The position numbers and the translations under genes are program-made. This document shows, one piece after another, positions 39,373 to 52,352 of a stretch of 64,000 bases of DNA. This stretch comes from Octopus sinensis (taxonomy: Eukaryota): contig NC_043005.1 of the NCBI RefSeq assembly GCF_006345805.1, positions 105,400,001-105,464,000 on the forward strand. Reading direction: 5' to 3'. Numbering within the stretch: position 1 is the stretch's first letter; each line of letters begins with the position of its first letter. The notes below the pieces were generated by a model, which ran no database searches, was not told where the DNA came from, and worked only from the letters and a program-made list of their open reading frames with translations.

Positions 39373-39833
39373 CAACCACGGGAATAACATAAGCAGGGAG
39401 AGAGTTCAAGAAAGCCGGCCTTCTGGAAAAAAAAAGATTAGGTGGAGTGCTTATTGTAGGGCCTGTGATGAAAGGGGGAAAGACAAATGGGACAAGGATG
39501 TTTGTGTACATTTGGCACAAAAGAACATTATAGTAGCGTTATATAAAGTACAGAGAGACAAGTTAACTCGTCTGAGGGCTGGTGGTGCGAGCGTGTCTGT
39601 GAATGACTTTATAACAATGAATCAGTAACCTTTTTCTAGATGACAAATAGGTAGTCTAAGTGTACAGCTGTTCCATTACAGATATGAGAGCAATTCTCAT
39701 TGTGGCCTTCACATGAGTTTTGTAGTGTCAAAAGATGATGGTGGCTGAAGTATTTCCTGGCCTTGAAACGAAAGGCCAGTCGCTGGGATGCAGTTCATAC
39801 TATATTAAGGACGTGCTTTTGCCTAGCTATCAC

Positions 39834-39900
39834 GTCCCCAAAGTCCATCCCCTCCTCACTGTGGTGGGGACGCTGGCAACAGGTAGTGTCAGAGCTATGC
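39834..39900 (+). ncRNA. HDV-like (nested double pseudoknot) ribozyme candidate, partly decayed
   Basis: 7-bp P1 GTCCCCA/TGGGGAC, L3-like TCCTCACT, P4 TGGCA/TGTCA, GAGCTA with putative catalytic C at 39895; P2 and P3 imperfect. Confidence 0.55.
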
Positions 39901-40294
39901 CGTCGGGAACTTCGGTTCCTGGTAGGGCCACCCAAGGCGGATTGGTCTGACACCGAGTGGTATTAGGGCCACAACCCGGCAGACGGAGCTTTGGTGAAAA
40001 TCCTCGGAGTGCCTGTTTCGGCAACCGGCAGCTCCTCGGACGTTCTGTCCCTGCGTCTGCGGACAATATGCAGCAAACAGGATGTCTGTACATGCGGGAT
40101 TGTTGGGGACCGCTTGTGAAATCCATATTCACACGAAACTTCTGCGCCAATGAAACCGTGACTGGCTCGCTATCTCCAGTGAACTGGCGCAGGGCCGTCG
40201 TGCGTGGGCTGCCAAGGTTCGAGATGCCTCGAGGGTGGTAGAAGAAGCCGACTCAACCCGCCCAGGGTGAATGTCGCCACAAGTACAAGTACAA
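39834..40294 (+). mobile_element. Internally deleted (bipartite) RTE-type element
   Basis: RTE-like 5' UTR (gagctatgccgtcggg...cctggtagggccacccaaggc) joined to ORF C-terminal residues (WRRAVVRGL) and a (CAAGTA)n tail. Confidence 0.55.
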
Positions 40295-40459
40295 TCCATA
40301 GTGATAGTAAATCTGGCCGTTTGTAGCGACTGTGCGAGGGTCTAGTCGTGTGCTGTTCGTAGTTAAGTGAATTATGATGCGATGGTATTTCTTTCTTAAT
40401 AACACGTGTTTACATAGTTTTGAAAAAGACAAGATTCGCATTGTAGAATGCATTTACGT

Positions 40460-40790
40460 TCTTTGTTCATTGACATGTGGGGACTTGGTAGCATGGATGC
40501 ATAGTTGAGGAAGATTAGGGAAGAATTAATGGTAATGTCATTTGTGTAAGTGTGAGCCTTGTTGGAAGTGATGTTAAGTAATTTATCAGTATAGAGAAGA
40601 AAAAAACGGGGAGAAACTGAATGCTAATGCATTGATAGAATGAGTGATTGAAAGAGCTCCGTCAAGATACGACACAATAGCATGATCTTATAGGAAGCTA
40701 CCAATCCAAGAGATGTGAGACAGGTGGAGGCCATAGAAAGGCAGTTTCCATAAGAGATTCGCACGGAAGAAATAGTCGAAAGTTCTGCTG
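40460..40790 (-). mobile_element. Probable old CR1/L2 3' ORF relic
   Basis: Antisense reads roughly LTSLGLVASYKIM, resembling the L..LGL.SL...YKI region. Confidence 0.35.
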
Positions 40791-41062
40791 ACGTCGACGG
40801 TTGATTTCACTGATTTTTACAAACAGATAAGGTCACAAGTGGGTCTGAATTTACTAAAACCGTTTGGGTAGACATTACATCCGTATGTGCATAAATACAT
40901 ATATACATAAACACATACATATAAACACACACATACATGTTTCACATATATGACATACTGACACACGCACACATACAAAACTCACATATCTACGTACATA
41001 TGTTCAAATGTGCTCGTGAGTGTGTGTGTATGTATGTGTGTGTGTGTGTGTGTGTGTTTAAG

Positions 41063-41215
41063 GCTGGGTAGGACTTTAAACTGCATCCAGTAGTGGGGCC
41101 CTGTACGGGAGTTCAATGGATCTGCGAAGTGTGGAACCACGTCTTAGTCACTATTGTCCCCACGTCTACTCTGACCACGAGTGGTAGCACTTGTCAGGGC
41201 CCTAGCTATAAGTTA
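41063..41215 (+). repeat. Unclassified interspersed repeat, copy 2
   Basis: Homologous to 28252-28408. Confidence 0.65.
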
Positions 41216-41983
41216 ACAAGCATGTAAACCACTGGGAGTGATGGATCCCTAGTTCTTGTTAGAATATCTTGCTAGGAGAAGGTTAACTAAAAAAGAAACT
41301 AAAAAAAACCTGAAGTGCAGTTTGTCTCTGTTGTGCCTCTGGTTTTATAGCTGATTGCGATGAAAAGTGTAGTCAGTGTTGTAGAAGAATTCATCCACTC
41401 AAAACCGATTCACGCACAGGAATATTTGACACTCTTGGATTGTTGCATGGACTCACAAAGTTTAGGAAGTGGACTTACTCGGTGACAGGATGACTTCCAT
41501 CATAAGGCTACAAACTGGTCGTTTCGGCTCTTTGAGTTCTGATTTGAAATGCCACTGATGCCAACTTTGTCTTTCACACATTCAATTCGATAAACAAAGT
41601 GCCAATCCTTAACTGCAACCAGAACACCTCTTATCGTTGGTTTGGTCTATCAGAGTCAACTTGGATTCAAACAACGGTTACTAAGAGAGGATCTACATGT
41701 TAAAGATTTACGGTTCCATTGAGCAAGAAATCCAAATCCCACTTCTTATAGAATAGAAAAAATATACACATTGGACAATGTAGGCCTTCATAAACAAAAA
41801 GACAGGATTGTCACGGCTGGAACTCCTTATCTGAGGTTTGCTCGAGCATGGCTGCCTTGGAGAAAAAAGTAGAATGCAGAGTAATGAAAATAGAGATTGC
41901 AAAAAGGAAAGAAAGAGGAAATAAGATGTAATCATTCTTGTCTATCTAGTGATCAATCTCCCTTCGTCCGCTCTCGTTCTCGA

Positions 41984-41996
41984 TACACACACACAC

Positions 41997-42030
<34 letters not shown>

Positions 42031-42123
42031 ACACACACACACACACACCACACACACACACACACAACACACACACATACACGCGCACACACACACACAC
42101 ACACACACACCACCACACACACA

Positions 42124-42169
<46 letters not shown>

Positions 42170-42243
42170 ACACACACACACACCACACACACACACACGC
42201 ACACACACACACACCACACACACACACACACACAACACACACA

Positions 42244-42281
<38 letters not shown>

Positions 42282-42307
42282 CACACACACACACACATAC
42301 ACACATA
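41984..42307. repeat. (CA)n microsatellite
   Basis: Direct inspection. Confidence 0.97.
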
Positions 42308-42344
42308 CAATAAAAAATTATTAACTATATTTTATTTTTATAAA

Positions 42345-42812
42345 GGTGACCCAAGTCTTCGATATTGTCAACGGAAATGCGCTCTGGATTGTTTTCAGAA
42401 AAAAACTAATATACTTGATAAAATGCTGCCATCACTTCCTTTTATGCAGGAATGAAAGCGTCTGTTTTAACAATTGGTCTTCTTTCAGACTCTTTTGACA
42501 TTTCGAATGGTACGAAACAGAGCTGTTTCATGGCTCAGATCTTTTGGCGCTTTTCTTTTTCAGTCGAGCAGCATCATGCTTATGGCGATCTCGATTTAGG
42601 CGTACACTTTCGATTCCGTACCAGCGACAGCCTTTTCAATCGCAATCGCTTTAAAGCCAGAACACTTGTCCGAAAGGCAATGCTGCGTGACTTCATGTTT
42701 GCTGATGACCCTGTAACAGTTGCAAAACCTATTAAAGAGGCACAGAACTTCGTTAGTTGTTTATCAAATGCGAAAAAGCTTTCGATTTCACCATCAGCAT
42801 TAGAAAGACCTT
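42345..42812 (+). mobile_element. RTE (BovB-like) RT relic
   Basis: MKASVL...SDSFDISNGTKQSCFMA...GVHFRFRTSDSLFNRNRFKARTLVRKAMLRDFMFADD. Confidence 0.9.
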
Positions 42813-43601
42813 AGTCGTCCATCTGTCAAGGGTCATCCCCATTATCAATCAGTTCCTTAATATTCCCATCGTCATCGAAGACAAAAACCCGAAATGTGTA
42901 AAGACATATTACAAATCAATAAATATATGAATTAGACTAACAGATCAATATATGAGTCAAAATGTTGATTAAAATACTGTTACTTTACTCCTCAGTCGAA
43001 GATTAGCCCGGTTCAGTAAATTCATTTCCCAAGTGTATTAGTGACATTTAAGTATCAACTGATCACTGACAGGTTTATTGGTCGGGCCTGGCGCAGTAGA
43101 GACCTCAGGCGTTCTTGGGCCCCCAGACCATATCCCTGCTCATTGCTACAGGGGTGGAGATGGCTATCTGCAAGTGCGAGCTCCGTCGGTCAGAGTGGCT
43201 GTTCCAGTGCATCTCCGTCGCCATCCTCCGGATCAATCAATGCCTTTTTTCGTTTTGTCAGCTGGGACTGAAACGGACTGACAGGCTTTTTCAGATGTCT
43301 TTGCTGCGAGGAAGAGGAAAGATATTAGGATTTAGGCTGGGCCCTTGATCAAAAAGATGAAATATTGCAAATTAGTGACATTAACGAAATGAAATATTTG
43401 GCAGCAGAGAATCGAAACCGACTTCGTGGTTTGATTTGTTGGAAGTCTTGCTTGATTCAACAGTTTCCGCCTTCTTCAACAAAAACATAAAACCTGTAAA
43501 ACAAAACGGAAGAAGTATATTTTCTGGAAGTCATCTTGGATATATATTAACATGCACGTGCGTGCGCAGACACGCAGACGCACTAATATGAGGGGAGAGA
43601 A

Positions 43602-43953
43602 GGCGGCGAGCTGGCAGACACGTTAGCACGCCGGGCGAAATGCGTAGCCGTATTTCGTCTGCCGTTACGTTCTGAGTTCAAATTCTGCCGAGGTCGACTT
43701 TGCCTTTCATCCTTTCGGGGTCGATAAATTAAGTACCAGTTACGTACTGGGGCCGATGTTATCGACTTAATCCTTTTGTCTGTCCTTGTTTGTCCCCTCT
43801 GTGTTTAGCCCCTTGTGGGTAGTAAAGAAATAGGTATTTCGTCTGTCGTTACGTTCTGAGTTCAAATTCCGCCGAGGTCGACTTTGCCTTTCATCCTTTC
43901 GGGGTCGATAAATTAAGTACCAGTTTCACACTGAGGGGATAGTAAAGAAATAT
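43602..43953 (+). mobile_element. Family B SINE tandem dimer with 16-bp TSD
   Basis: Full unit 43602-43832 plus a headless, internally deleted second unit 43833-43953; TSD atatgaggggagagaa at 43586-43601 and 43954-43969. Confidence 0.9.
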
Positions 43954-44829
43954 ATATGAGGGGAGAGAAAGAGAGTGAAGGAGAGAGTGAAAGAGAGAGA
44001 GATACATTCAAATATACTTCGCGCGTATGTACAAATACACACACACACACACACACAATGTTTCCCCACACGAGTTTATACACACAAACACACACACACA
44101 CACATCTCTACAGATACAGGCAACCACTCAATGAGACAAGGAGCCTATACTGTTACGTAAAGATACAAATAGACGTACATCACACGTATATCTAAAGCAT
44201 ACTCATACGCACATTAACACTGACAAGCTAACGATAGCGGATATGCTTTAGAAACTTCCGTAATACCACCACCTCCACCACCACTACACCTCCACCAACA
44301 CCACCACCACTACCACCATACCACCCTCATATCTCTACCACGCCATTACTACCACTATTATTACTACTTTCATTCATCCAACTGCCAAATCTACTCTACA
44401 CCACAACACCCCAACCACACTCCACTAATACACTCACACATCACCGCACACTACAAACCGTTTCCCACCTTCGAATCTATTACCACCGCTACCACCACCA
44501 CCGCTACCACCGCCGCCGCCACCACCACCACCACCACCGCCGCCATTACCGCCGCCACCGTTACGAATCGCTTTTACGCAAGCGATCTCAAGTGTTTCAT
44601 TCATACAACCCTCGCGCATGCGCATACGCAAGCCTCACATACTCATCAGCTGTATTTACATTATCTCTCTTGCTTTATCATACACACAGTTACTCGCAAG
44701 TTTATACGCGCGCGTGTGTGCGTGTGCGTGTGTATGTGTGTGCGTGCGTAAATATATACATATGTATGATGTATGTATGTATAAATATATAAATAAATAA
44801 ATATAGATATGTAGATATATATATACATA

Positions 44830-45110
44830 TGTATATATGTGTGTATATGTGTGTATATGTATGTATGTTATGTATGTATGTATGTGTGCATGTATGTATG
44901 TGTGTGTGTATGTGTGTATGTATGTATGTGTGTGTGTATGTATGTATGTATGTGTGTATGAATGTGTGTATGTGTGTGTGTATGTATGTATATATGAATG
45001 TGTGTATGTGTGTGTATGTATGTATGTTATGTATGTTATGTATGTGTGTATGGATGTTATGTATGTATGTATGTGTGTGTGTGTATGTATGGATGGATGT
45101 ATATATGGGT
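44830..45110. repeat. Degenerate (TATG/TG)n microsatellite
   Basis: Direct inspection. Confidence 0.9.
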
Positions 45111-45606
45111 GTTATAGTGTTGCACCGTCGTGGTTACTCCTTTCGTAACTCACAGAGCTTCGCATTTGCCACTTTGTGATCAGCTGTGTACAGGCTTGAT
45201 ACTCTGAGTAGCAAAAATCTCAGCATTACAACAAATATTTATAATTTACGTCTGTATTAATTCTTTTCATCCGAACTCCTTGCTTGTAAATTCCGACACA
45301 CACATGCGCAGAACATACATACGCACGCGCGCTCAGAGAAAAGAGAGAGAGAGAGAGAGAGAGGAAGAGAGGAAGGAAAGAGAGAGAGAAGAGAGAAAGA
45401 GAGAGAATGAGAGAGTGAAAGAGAGTAGAACACCATAAAATTCAGTGTTCCATTCACACACATGCGCGCGCACGCGCGCACACACACATACACACACATA
45501 TATATAGTCGTATATTTACAGTGATACGCATGCACAGTGGCACACCTACATACATAACAGCCTCCGGCAGTGTCTCTTCTACTCTTGTGCACACACACAC
45601 ACACAC

Positions 45607-45644
<38 letters not shown>

Positions 45645-45672
45645 CTTCGCACATGCACACCCACAAATATAT

Positions 45673-46077
45673 CTTTTACTTGTTTCACTCATTAGACTGC
45701 GGCCATGCTGGGGCACCGCCTCGAAAAATTTTTTAGTCAAATGAATCGACCCAATACTTATTTTTTAAAAGCCTAGCGCTTATTCTATGAATCCCTGTTT
45801 GCCGTACCGCTATGTTACTGGAACATAAACAAACTAACATCAGTTGTCGAGCGGTGGGGTGTGGGTGTGGATAAGCAAACACAAAGACACACACAAACAC
45901 ATATACGTGTGTGTGTACGATGGGCTTCTTTCAGTTTCTGTCAACCAATTCCACTCATAAGGTTTAGGTTGGACCGAGGCTACAGTAGAAGACACCTTCC
46001 GAAGGTTCCGCGAAGGACTGAACTCGGAACCATGTGGTCGAGAAGCAAACTTCTTACCACACAGCCACGCCTGCGCC
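45673..46077 (-). mobile_element. tRNA-SINE family A
   Basis: Ends in ...accacacagccacgcctgcgcc (antisense head) next to (TA)n. Confidence 0.85.
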
Positions 46078-46096
46078 TATATATATGTGTGGGTGT

Positions 46097-46194
46097 GTTT
46101 GTTCCTTCTCGAGTCATGCCAGACTCATAAGGGCCGGTTTCCCGGTTTCGTTGGCGTATAGGTTCCCTACCCGGGTGGGACACCGGTCTGTCAG
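46097..46194 (-). mobile_element. 3' tail fragment of an RTE-related element or SINE
   Basis: Antisense reads gaaaccgggaaaccggcccttatgagtctggcatgactcgagaaggaac, resembling the RTE/BovB terminal stem-loop. Confidence 0.45.
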
Positions 46195-46559
46195 ACTCCT
46201 ATACAGTGCTTCAAATTTCATTCCAAATCATATTGAGTATCACTACTGAAACTACGGCCATCACCAGTTCGCACACTACCACAACATACTAATACTACCC
46301 ACCAGCACAAATACCACACTCTACTACCGCACATCACAGTCTCACTAAACTGTACAACTAACTACAAACTAACATCACTGTCACTACCAAACATTACTAT
46401 GTCCCCACTCCAACGCACCTCTGTCATTACACCATATAACTAATTATACCATTGCACACTACAACACCTCACTACCAATAACTACACTGTAATACTACTA
46501 GTAAGCAGTAAGCACAACATACCCGACCATTCCAGCAGGGCTTGTAAGTAGCACGGCTA

Positions 46560-46950
46560 ATATCTCCACGCTATGTACAACTGAACTCGAGGCGAGAAAA
46601 AAACTATCCCTGAATTTTTAGTAGGGTGTATATATCGAAGTATACAAGCGTATTTCAGCTTCCAGAATGTCGCTAATGATTTTCTCGGTGTAATTTTAAC
46701 AACGAAGAACACAAAAACGGGGGGAGACCTTCCATTGGCTGTCACAGCTGCCCAAACCATAAGTGACTGTGGATTTTGATGTCGATTTACGAGTCTACCC
46801 TCGCGTGAGTATGTGTGTACGCATGCGAATCTTTGAGTGATTCTGTGAGTTTACTGATCTAGTTTGTTGAGGTAGTGTCCAATGGTCTTCACAGGAACTG
46901 GTGAGATCAACGTGGTGAACATTTTAAACGTCTGGCCTCTTAGAGATAAT
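46560..46950 (-). mobile_element. maT/DD37D-like transposase relic
   Basis: QNPQSLMVWAAVTANGRSPPVFV and ISDILEAE across frameshifts. Confidence 0.75.
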
Positions 46951-47809
46951 TAGAGTTTAGCGTTCCACAGTAGCGATTTAAGCTGACGACTATAGGAAGA
47001 TATGTGTTGGGAGGAAATTGCAGAAGGTCGACTTTGAGGATTCTAGGGTGAAGAACTTTAAAGAGTGGATGGTTTTGTGCCGGGGTAGAGGGCGGACGCA
47101 AATTGTCGAATAGGCGGGAAGTAACTGTTGATTTTACGTTCACAAGATCACGTCAGGGGCAAAGCCCACTGAAGAATCTGTAGAAAAGGCAAATAGAGAT
47201 TAATCTTGATTTCCAGCTTAACGTGGGGGTTCTGTTAGAACACAGAATCATGCGTTATTTACCTTGAGATAATCTCTCTTAAGGATTATGGTGTAAAAAA
47301 ATGCCCTCGAAATTATATCTTTGACTGACGAGAATCGTCTGCTACGGCCGCCGGAACTGCCAGATCACGTGATTTCACCCTACTGTGGGTTTTTCAGTGA
47401 CCGATATCCAGCAGAGCAATAACAGCCATATCTCCCGTCGTTGAAGGGCCACATGGAGGGACAAATTCTACTCATCTAAAATGGCTTATGCAATTTATTA
47501 TACAACATATGGGCAGAACAGTTGTTCTCTGGAGTATTATAATTGTCCGGCTGGTTGTGGTCATACTGTGATTCCCAGCTCATTTGTGTAAAGTGAGTTT
47601 CAAGATCAGAAAAAATACATTTTTTTGACATCACTGTCCATAGCGAACTTAAGATGCAAACTTGCCGCTATCCTGTTGAACACCATTAAATACGTTTACG
47701 TATTCCATTATTTCTTTGTCCATTTGTTTATCTTTTAGAGAAATCCTCTCATTCATATCCAGCAATCCAAATTGTTTTACACACACCACACACACACACA
47801 CAACACACA

Positions 47810-47862
<53 letters not shown>

Positions 47863-48420
47863 TACACACATGTATCAAGAGAAAGAACTCAGTGTGACCA
47901 ATGACTCATATTTGAACAATACGACAAATAAGGGTATATTAAATACCATACAAGATAAATTCATGATTTACTAAAATCATCTCAGCTTTCAGGGAGAGTA
48001 GATTAATCACCTGGTGTTAATCGGTGTCAAATCCAAATTAGAAGATAATCTCAAGAGTTAAGAACTCTCCAACATTGATGTGTCATTTAGAAAACAAGAC
48101 AGGTTGTATGAGGACAAGAGGACAGCCGTGGACACGTGACACTGTTTCTTGTCCTATTTTATTTTCAGCTGACCAGACACTGAGAAATATTTAAAACAAA
48201 ACAAACAAAAAAAAAAACCAGAAAATGAAAACACTTTAATGGCTGAAGAAATTTGCATAAATAAAACGGAAATGAACCAATAGAAATAACTGTGGCCAGC
48301 GGCAAGTTTTTGGACAAGACGAATAACGGTATTAGTTAATAACATACAAGATAATGCGCGCGCGCACATACACATACACAAATATGAAGAGAGAGAGAGA
48401 GAGAGGGAGAGAGAGTGAGT

Positions 48421-48454
<34 letters not shown>

Positions 48455-48494
48455 GAGTGAGTGAGAGAGAGAGAGAGAGAGAGTGAGAGAGAGT

Positions 48495-48532
<38 letters not shown>

Positions 48533-48663
48533 GTGTGTGTGTTTGTGTATAAATCTCCTTTCTGAATCTTCTGAAAACAAACCATTACTCATTAGTACGA
48601 CAAACAATAGTGTTTTTTGTCTTTAATTCAATTTCACTCCACATCCCATAGTATACTCACCCA

Positions 48664-48708
<45 letters not shown>

Positions 48709-49288
48709 CTCTCTCTTCCTTTCTGTCTTCATTACATTAACTTATTTTACCAACACTACTCCATGAGGATCCCAGTCCTCTCTCTCTCTCTCATCATATT
48801 TCTACATCAACGCTTGCCCGAGCACCCTACGTCCGTCACTCCACCCACCACAATTAACCCAGTTATACTACCTTAGTGCCCCACATTTTTGGCTAAATTC
48901 TATCCTACCTATACAAAGCTGCACAACCCAAGAATTGCACAATACACTCATTGATGGTGTACAGTGACGTCTTTACACGCACACACCCGCACACAAACAT
49001 ACACTCGCATAAACACCTATACGCACACGTTCACACATTCGTATATATATATTCACATACTCACTCTCGTACATACTCACTCTCGTACATACATGCGCTC
49101 ATACATACTCTCTTTTTCTCTCTCACACATACACACACTGCAAACATAAAGAAATACATGTATACACACTTAAACACAAATACTTGCATTAATGCCAATT
49201 GATACACACACGTACTCTACCACTCCCACGTACTCCTAAGTACACAATCTTCCATACAAATATGTACTCATAGTCACATAAAACACTA

Positions 49289-49322
<34 letters not shown>

Positions 49323-49343
49323 ATATATATATTATATATATAT

Positions 49344-49375
<32 letters not shown>

Positions 49376-49400
49376 CATACAAACATACATACATGCATAC

Positions 49401-49442
<42 letters not shown>

Positions 49443-49540
49443 ATACACACTCACGCACATACATACATACTCATATGTATAATATTTATGTATATGTTTA
49501 TACATAAACATATTTATGTGTCTTCAAACAATATACATAC

Positions 49541-49591
<51 letters not shown>

Positions 49592-50382
49592 CATATACAC
49601 ATGTTGCACATAGGAAATAATCTTCTACACCTCCTCACTCTCTTAACCATGAACAGTATAGAAATCCAAAGTCACATGACCACAGATCATCTCTGCTGGT
49701 GATCTTATACTTATAATATACCCAGCCTTGCAATCTAAAAAAGTGTTTGGTCTGTAGTCCCAGAAAATAATTCAGCTTCCTACAGCTTACCGCCTAGTTA
49801 CGCACAAATACTTTCCACCTTTACCACGTGGAGCATATAATAGAATCAACTACTGACACAGCTCAGACAAATTCCCAACGTGACCTGAATTGACCAATTG
49901 ACGTTTGCCATTCCGACTATGATGACCATCTTAGGGTACGGGTGCCTGGAAAACTAAGTAATGCGGAGCTCAGTCAACTTGTTTTAAAGATATGCGCGTG
50001 TGTGAGTAAAGCGGTAAATTACCAAAGCTCTTGGATGTCGGATAGATTATCTCACATTCTGGGTTCGAATTTAGCCGAAATCAATTTCGCTTTTCATTCT
50101 TACAACGTAGATTCTTCTGTCATTCTTTCCTCATCTATTCCTCTCTTTCTCCCCCCTTTCTCTTCCTATCTTCCTCTCTCACTTACACGCTCACATACTC
50201 CTTCGAAGAGATCGTCTCTGCTCAAACACAGAAATGGGTTGTGTCCCGTCAAGTTTAACATGCCCAAGAAACAGCGCCTGTTACAACAGGGCTCCTACGA
50301 CGCCATCATATCTGTGAGCTATGTGTGTGCCTCTGTATTGTATGTATGTATGTATGCATGTATGTATGTATGTATGTATGTA

Positions 50383-50414
<32 letters not shown>

Positions 50415-50675
50415 CCTCTCTCTCTCTCTCAAAGAATAAGTCCTGGGGTTGGCGGTGCTCCAGCATGACTGCAGTCAAACAACTGAGCAGTCAAATGACC
50501 GGCCATCAGTAAGAAATAAGAAACGAGGCAAGAAGAAATTCCCATTAGTGGTGACTGTTTAAAAAATGTTTTCGTCATCACTTCAGTAATACTAAAAGTT
50601 CTATAAGCAACTTCTAATAACTAGTTACTTTCCACCCACCCTAAATTAACTATTGCTTAATCATCTTCTCAAACC

Positions 50676-50723
50676 GTCTCCGATGAAGGGATATAATAAA
50701 TATCCTAGAAACAGCTGTAAGAC
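50676..50723 (+). ncRNA. Minimal type I hammerhead ribozyme candidate (Penelope-like context)
   Basis: Stem I gtct/agac, core CCGATGA, stem II ggatat/atatcc, GAAA, palindromic stem III AC-AGCT-GT, cleavage triplet GTA (50717-50719). Confidence 0.65.
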
Positions 50724-51691
50724 CTTCTATCTATAAATGTTCTAAAATCTACACAGCCTTGGGTTTTTATCTCATTACGGAAAAAAAAAATTATATACAC
50801 ACGCTGATATATGACCTACGTTGGACCCCTTATTCGCATAATCATCGAATCTGGAATTTAACTATGGTCTATCCATACCACTTATTCAGCATTACGTGAC
50901 ACCTTTGGGTCTCACTGGCACCATTTCCTCTCATAACCTATATTATACACATACACATATGCTTGTATGTGAGTATATACATATGTTTGTGAGCGCACAA
51001 AGGCAGCAAATTTAATAGTTGTACGGGAAACCCGTTTACGCAATGACGTGCGTATGTGTGTTTGTGACCTTTTGGGTATATAGCGTATTGTACATTCCCA
51101 GCTGGGAATACACCATGAACTGGTGTGGTTGAAATGATATCAGTACCGCCGGTAATAAGACAGTAAATCTCTTTCATTGCTTCTCGCAGTCAATCTTGAT
51201 AAGGGCAGCGTGTGCAGCAAGTTATCACTGGCATCAACTGTCAATATTTCATCATATTAATATACGGACCTGTATACATATAGATATACATGCTCTTACA
51301 GATGCACACATTTATATACAAATTGTTGTCGCTTGTATAAATCTCACTGTATACACACACCCGCACAAGATACATACACAGATACACACGCACATACACA
51401 CATACACACATACGCACACACATACACACATACACATATACGCACACACAGGCACACGCACGAACACACACACACACACACACACACACGCTCGCACACG
51501 CGCGCGTACACACACACACGCACACCGAAGATATAGGCATTGGTCTGCATGTGCAAACTGTTATCAACTCTCTATACACCATCGCATATATGATATACAT
51601 ACATACTTACATGAATAATCGTGCTTCCGGCATACACACACATACACACAGGTGTGTATATACATTCTGACATTGACTATATACTTTACAC

Positions 51692-51994
51692 CAGTGCTTC
51701 TCAAACTATCCGAAGTGGCGTACCGGCAGTTCTTTTTGCCCCCAATGTGCCAGGGACCGGTAATATTTCTTAGTAATATTAATTTATACCGGAAACAATA
51801 TATATCTAATGAATATAATAAAATTTTGTTTTATCTTATATTATTTATTTTGTAAACAAATAATATGATATTACATAAGCGCTTTATAAGCATTTTATAA
51901 TGTTTCTTTCTTTTCTGAAAACTGGTTGCATACCGGCAGCTGATGGCTCGTGGATGGGCACCGGTCCGCGGACCACTCTTTTTGAGTAGGACTG
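51692..51994. mobile_element. hAT-type MITE, 303 bp
   Basis: Imperfect TIRs CAGTGCTTCTCAAA / TTTGAGTAGGACTG; 8-bp TSD ctttacac (51684-51691) / ctctacac (51995-52002). Confidence 0.85.
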
Positions 51995-52319
51995 CTCTAC
52001 ACACTGCAGACTGCTACATGCACTCATAAGCACTAAGTGCGTAATTGATATGAATCTCCGAAATGAGAGACAACGTAACAGAGGACAGGAAAATGTCGAG
52101 TGTGCAAACTAGATAGAATAAAAGGTTTAGCGTAATGCTCTCGTACACACTAATCTATTTCAGACCACACACATAAAATGATATTGCTTAAGTGAACACT
52201 GGATGTATTTTGTTAATTCTATTTTGCCGTCAGCTCAACGAATGAGTGACATCGTAAAACAAACACACAAACAGCAGGGTGTGAGAATGTGGAAGAGAGT
52301 GGAACAGCATAAATATATG

Positions 52320-52352
<33 letters not shown>

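Noticed and set aside
3820-42710. CTGATGA at about 3829 and 42702 as hammerhead cores
   Set aside because: They are the codons of the YADD/FADD motifs of RT relics.
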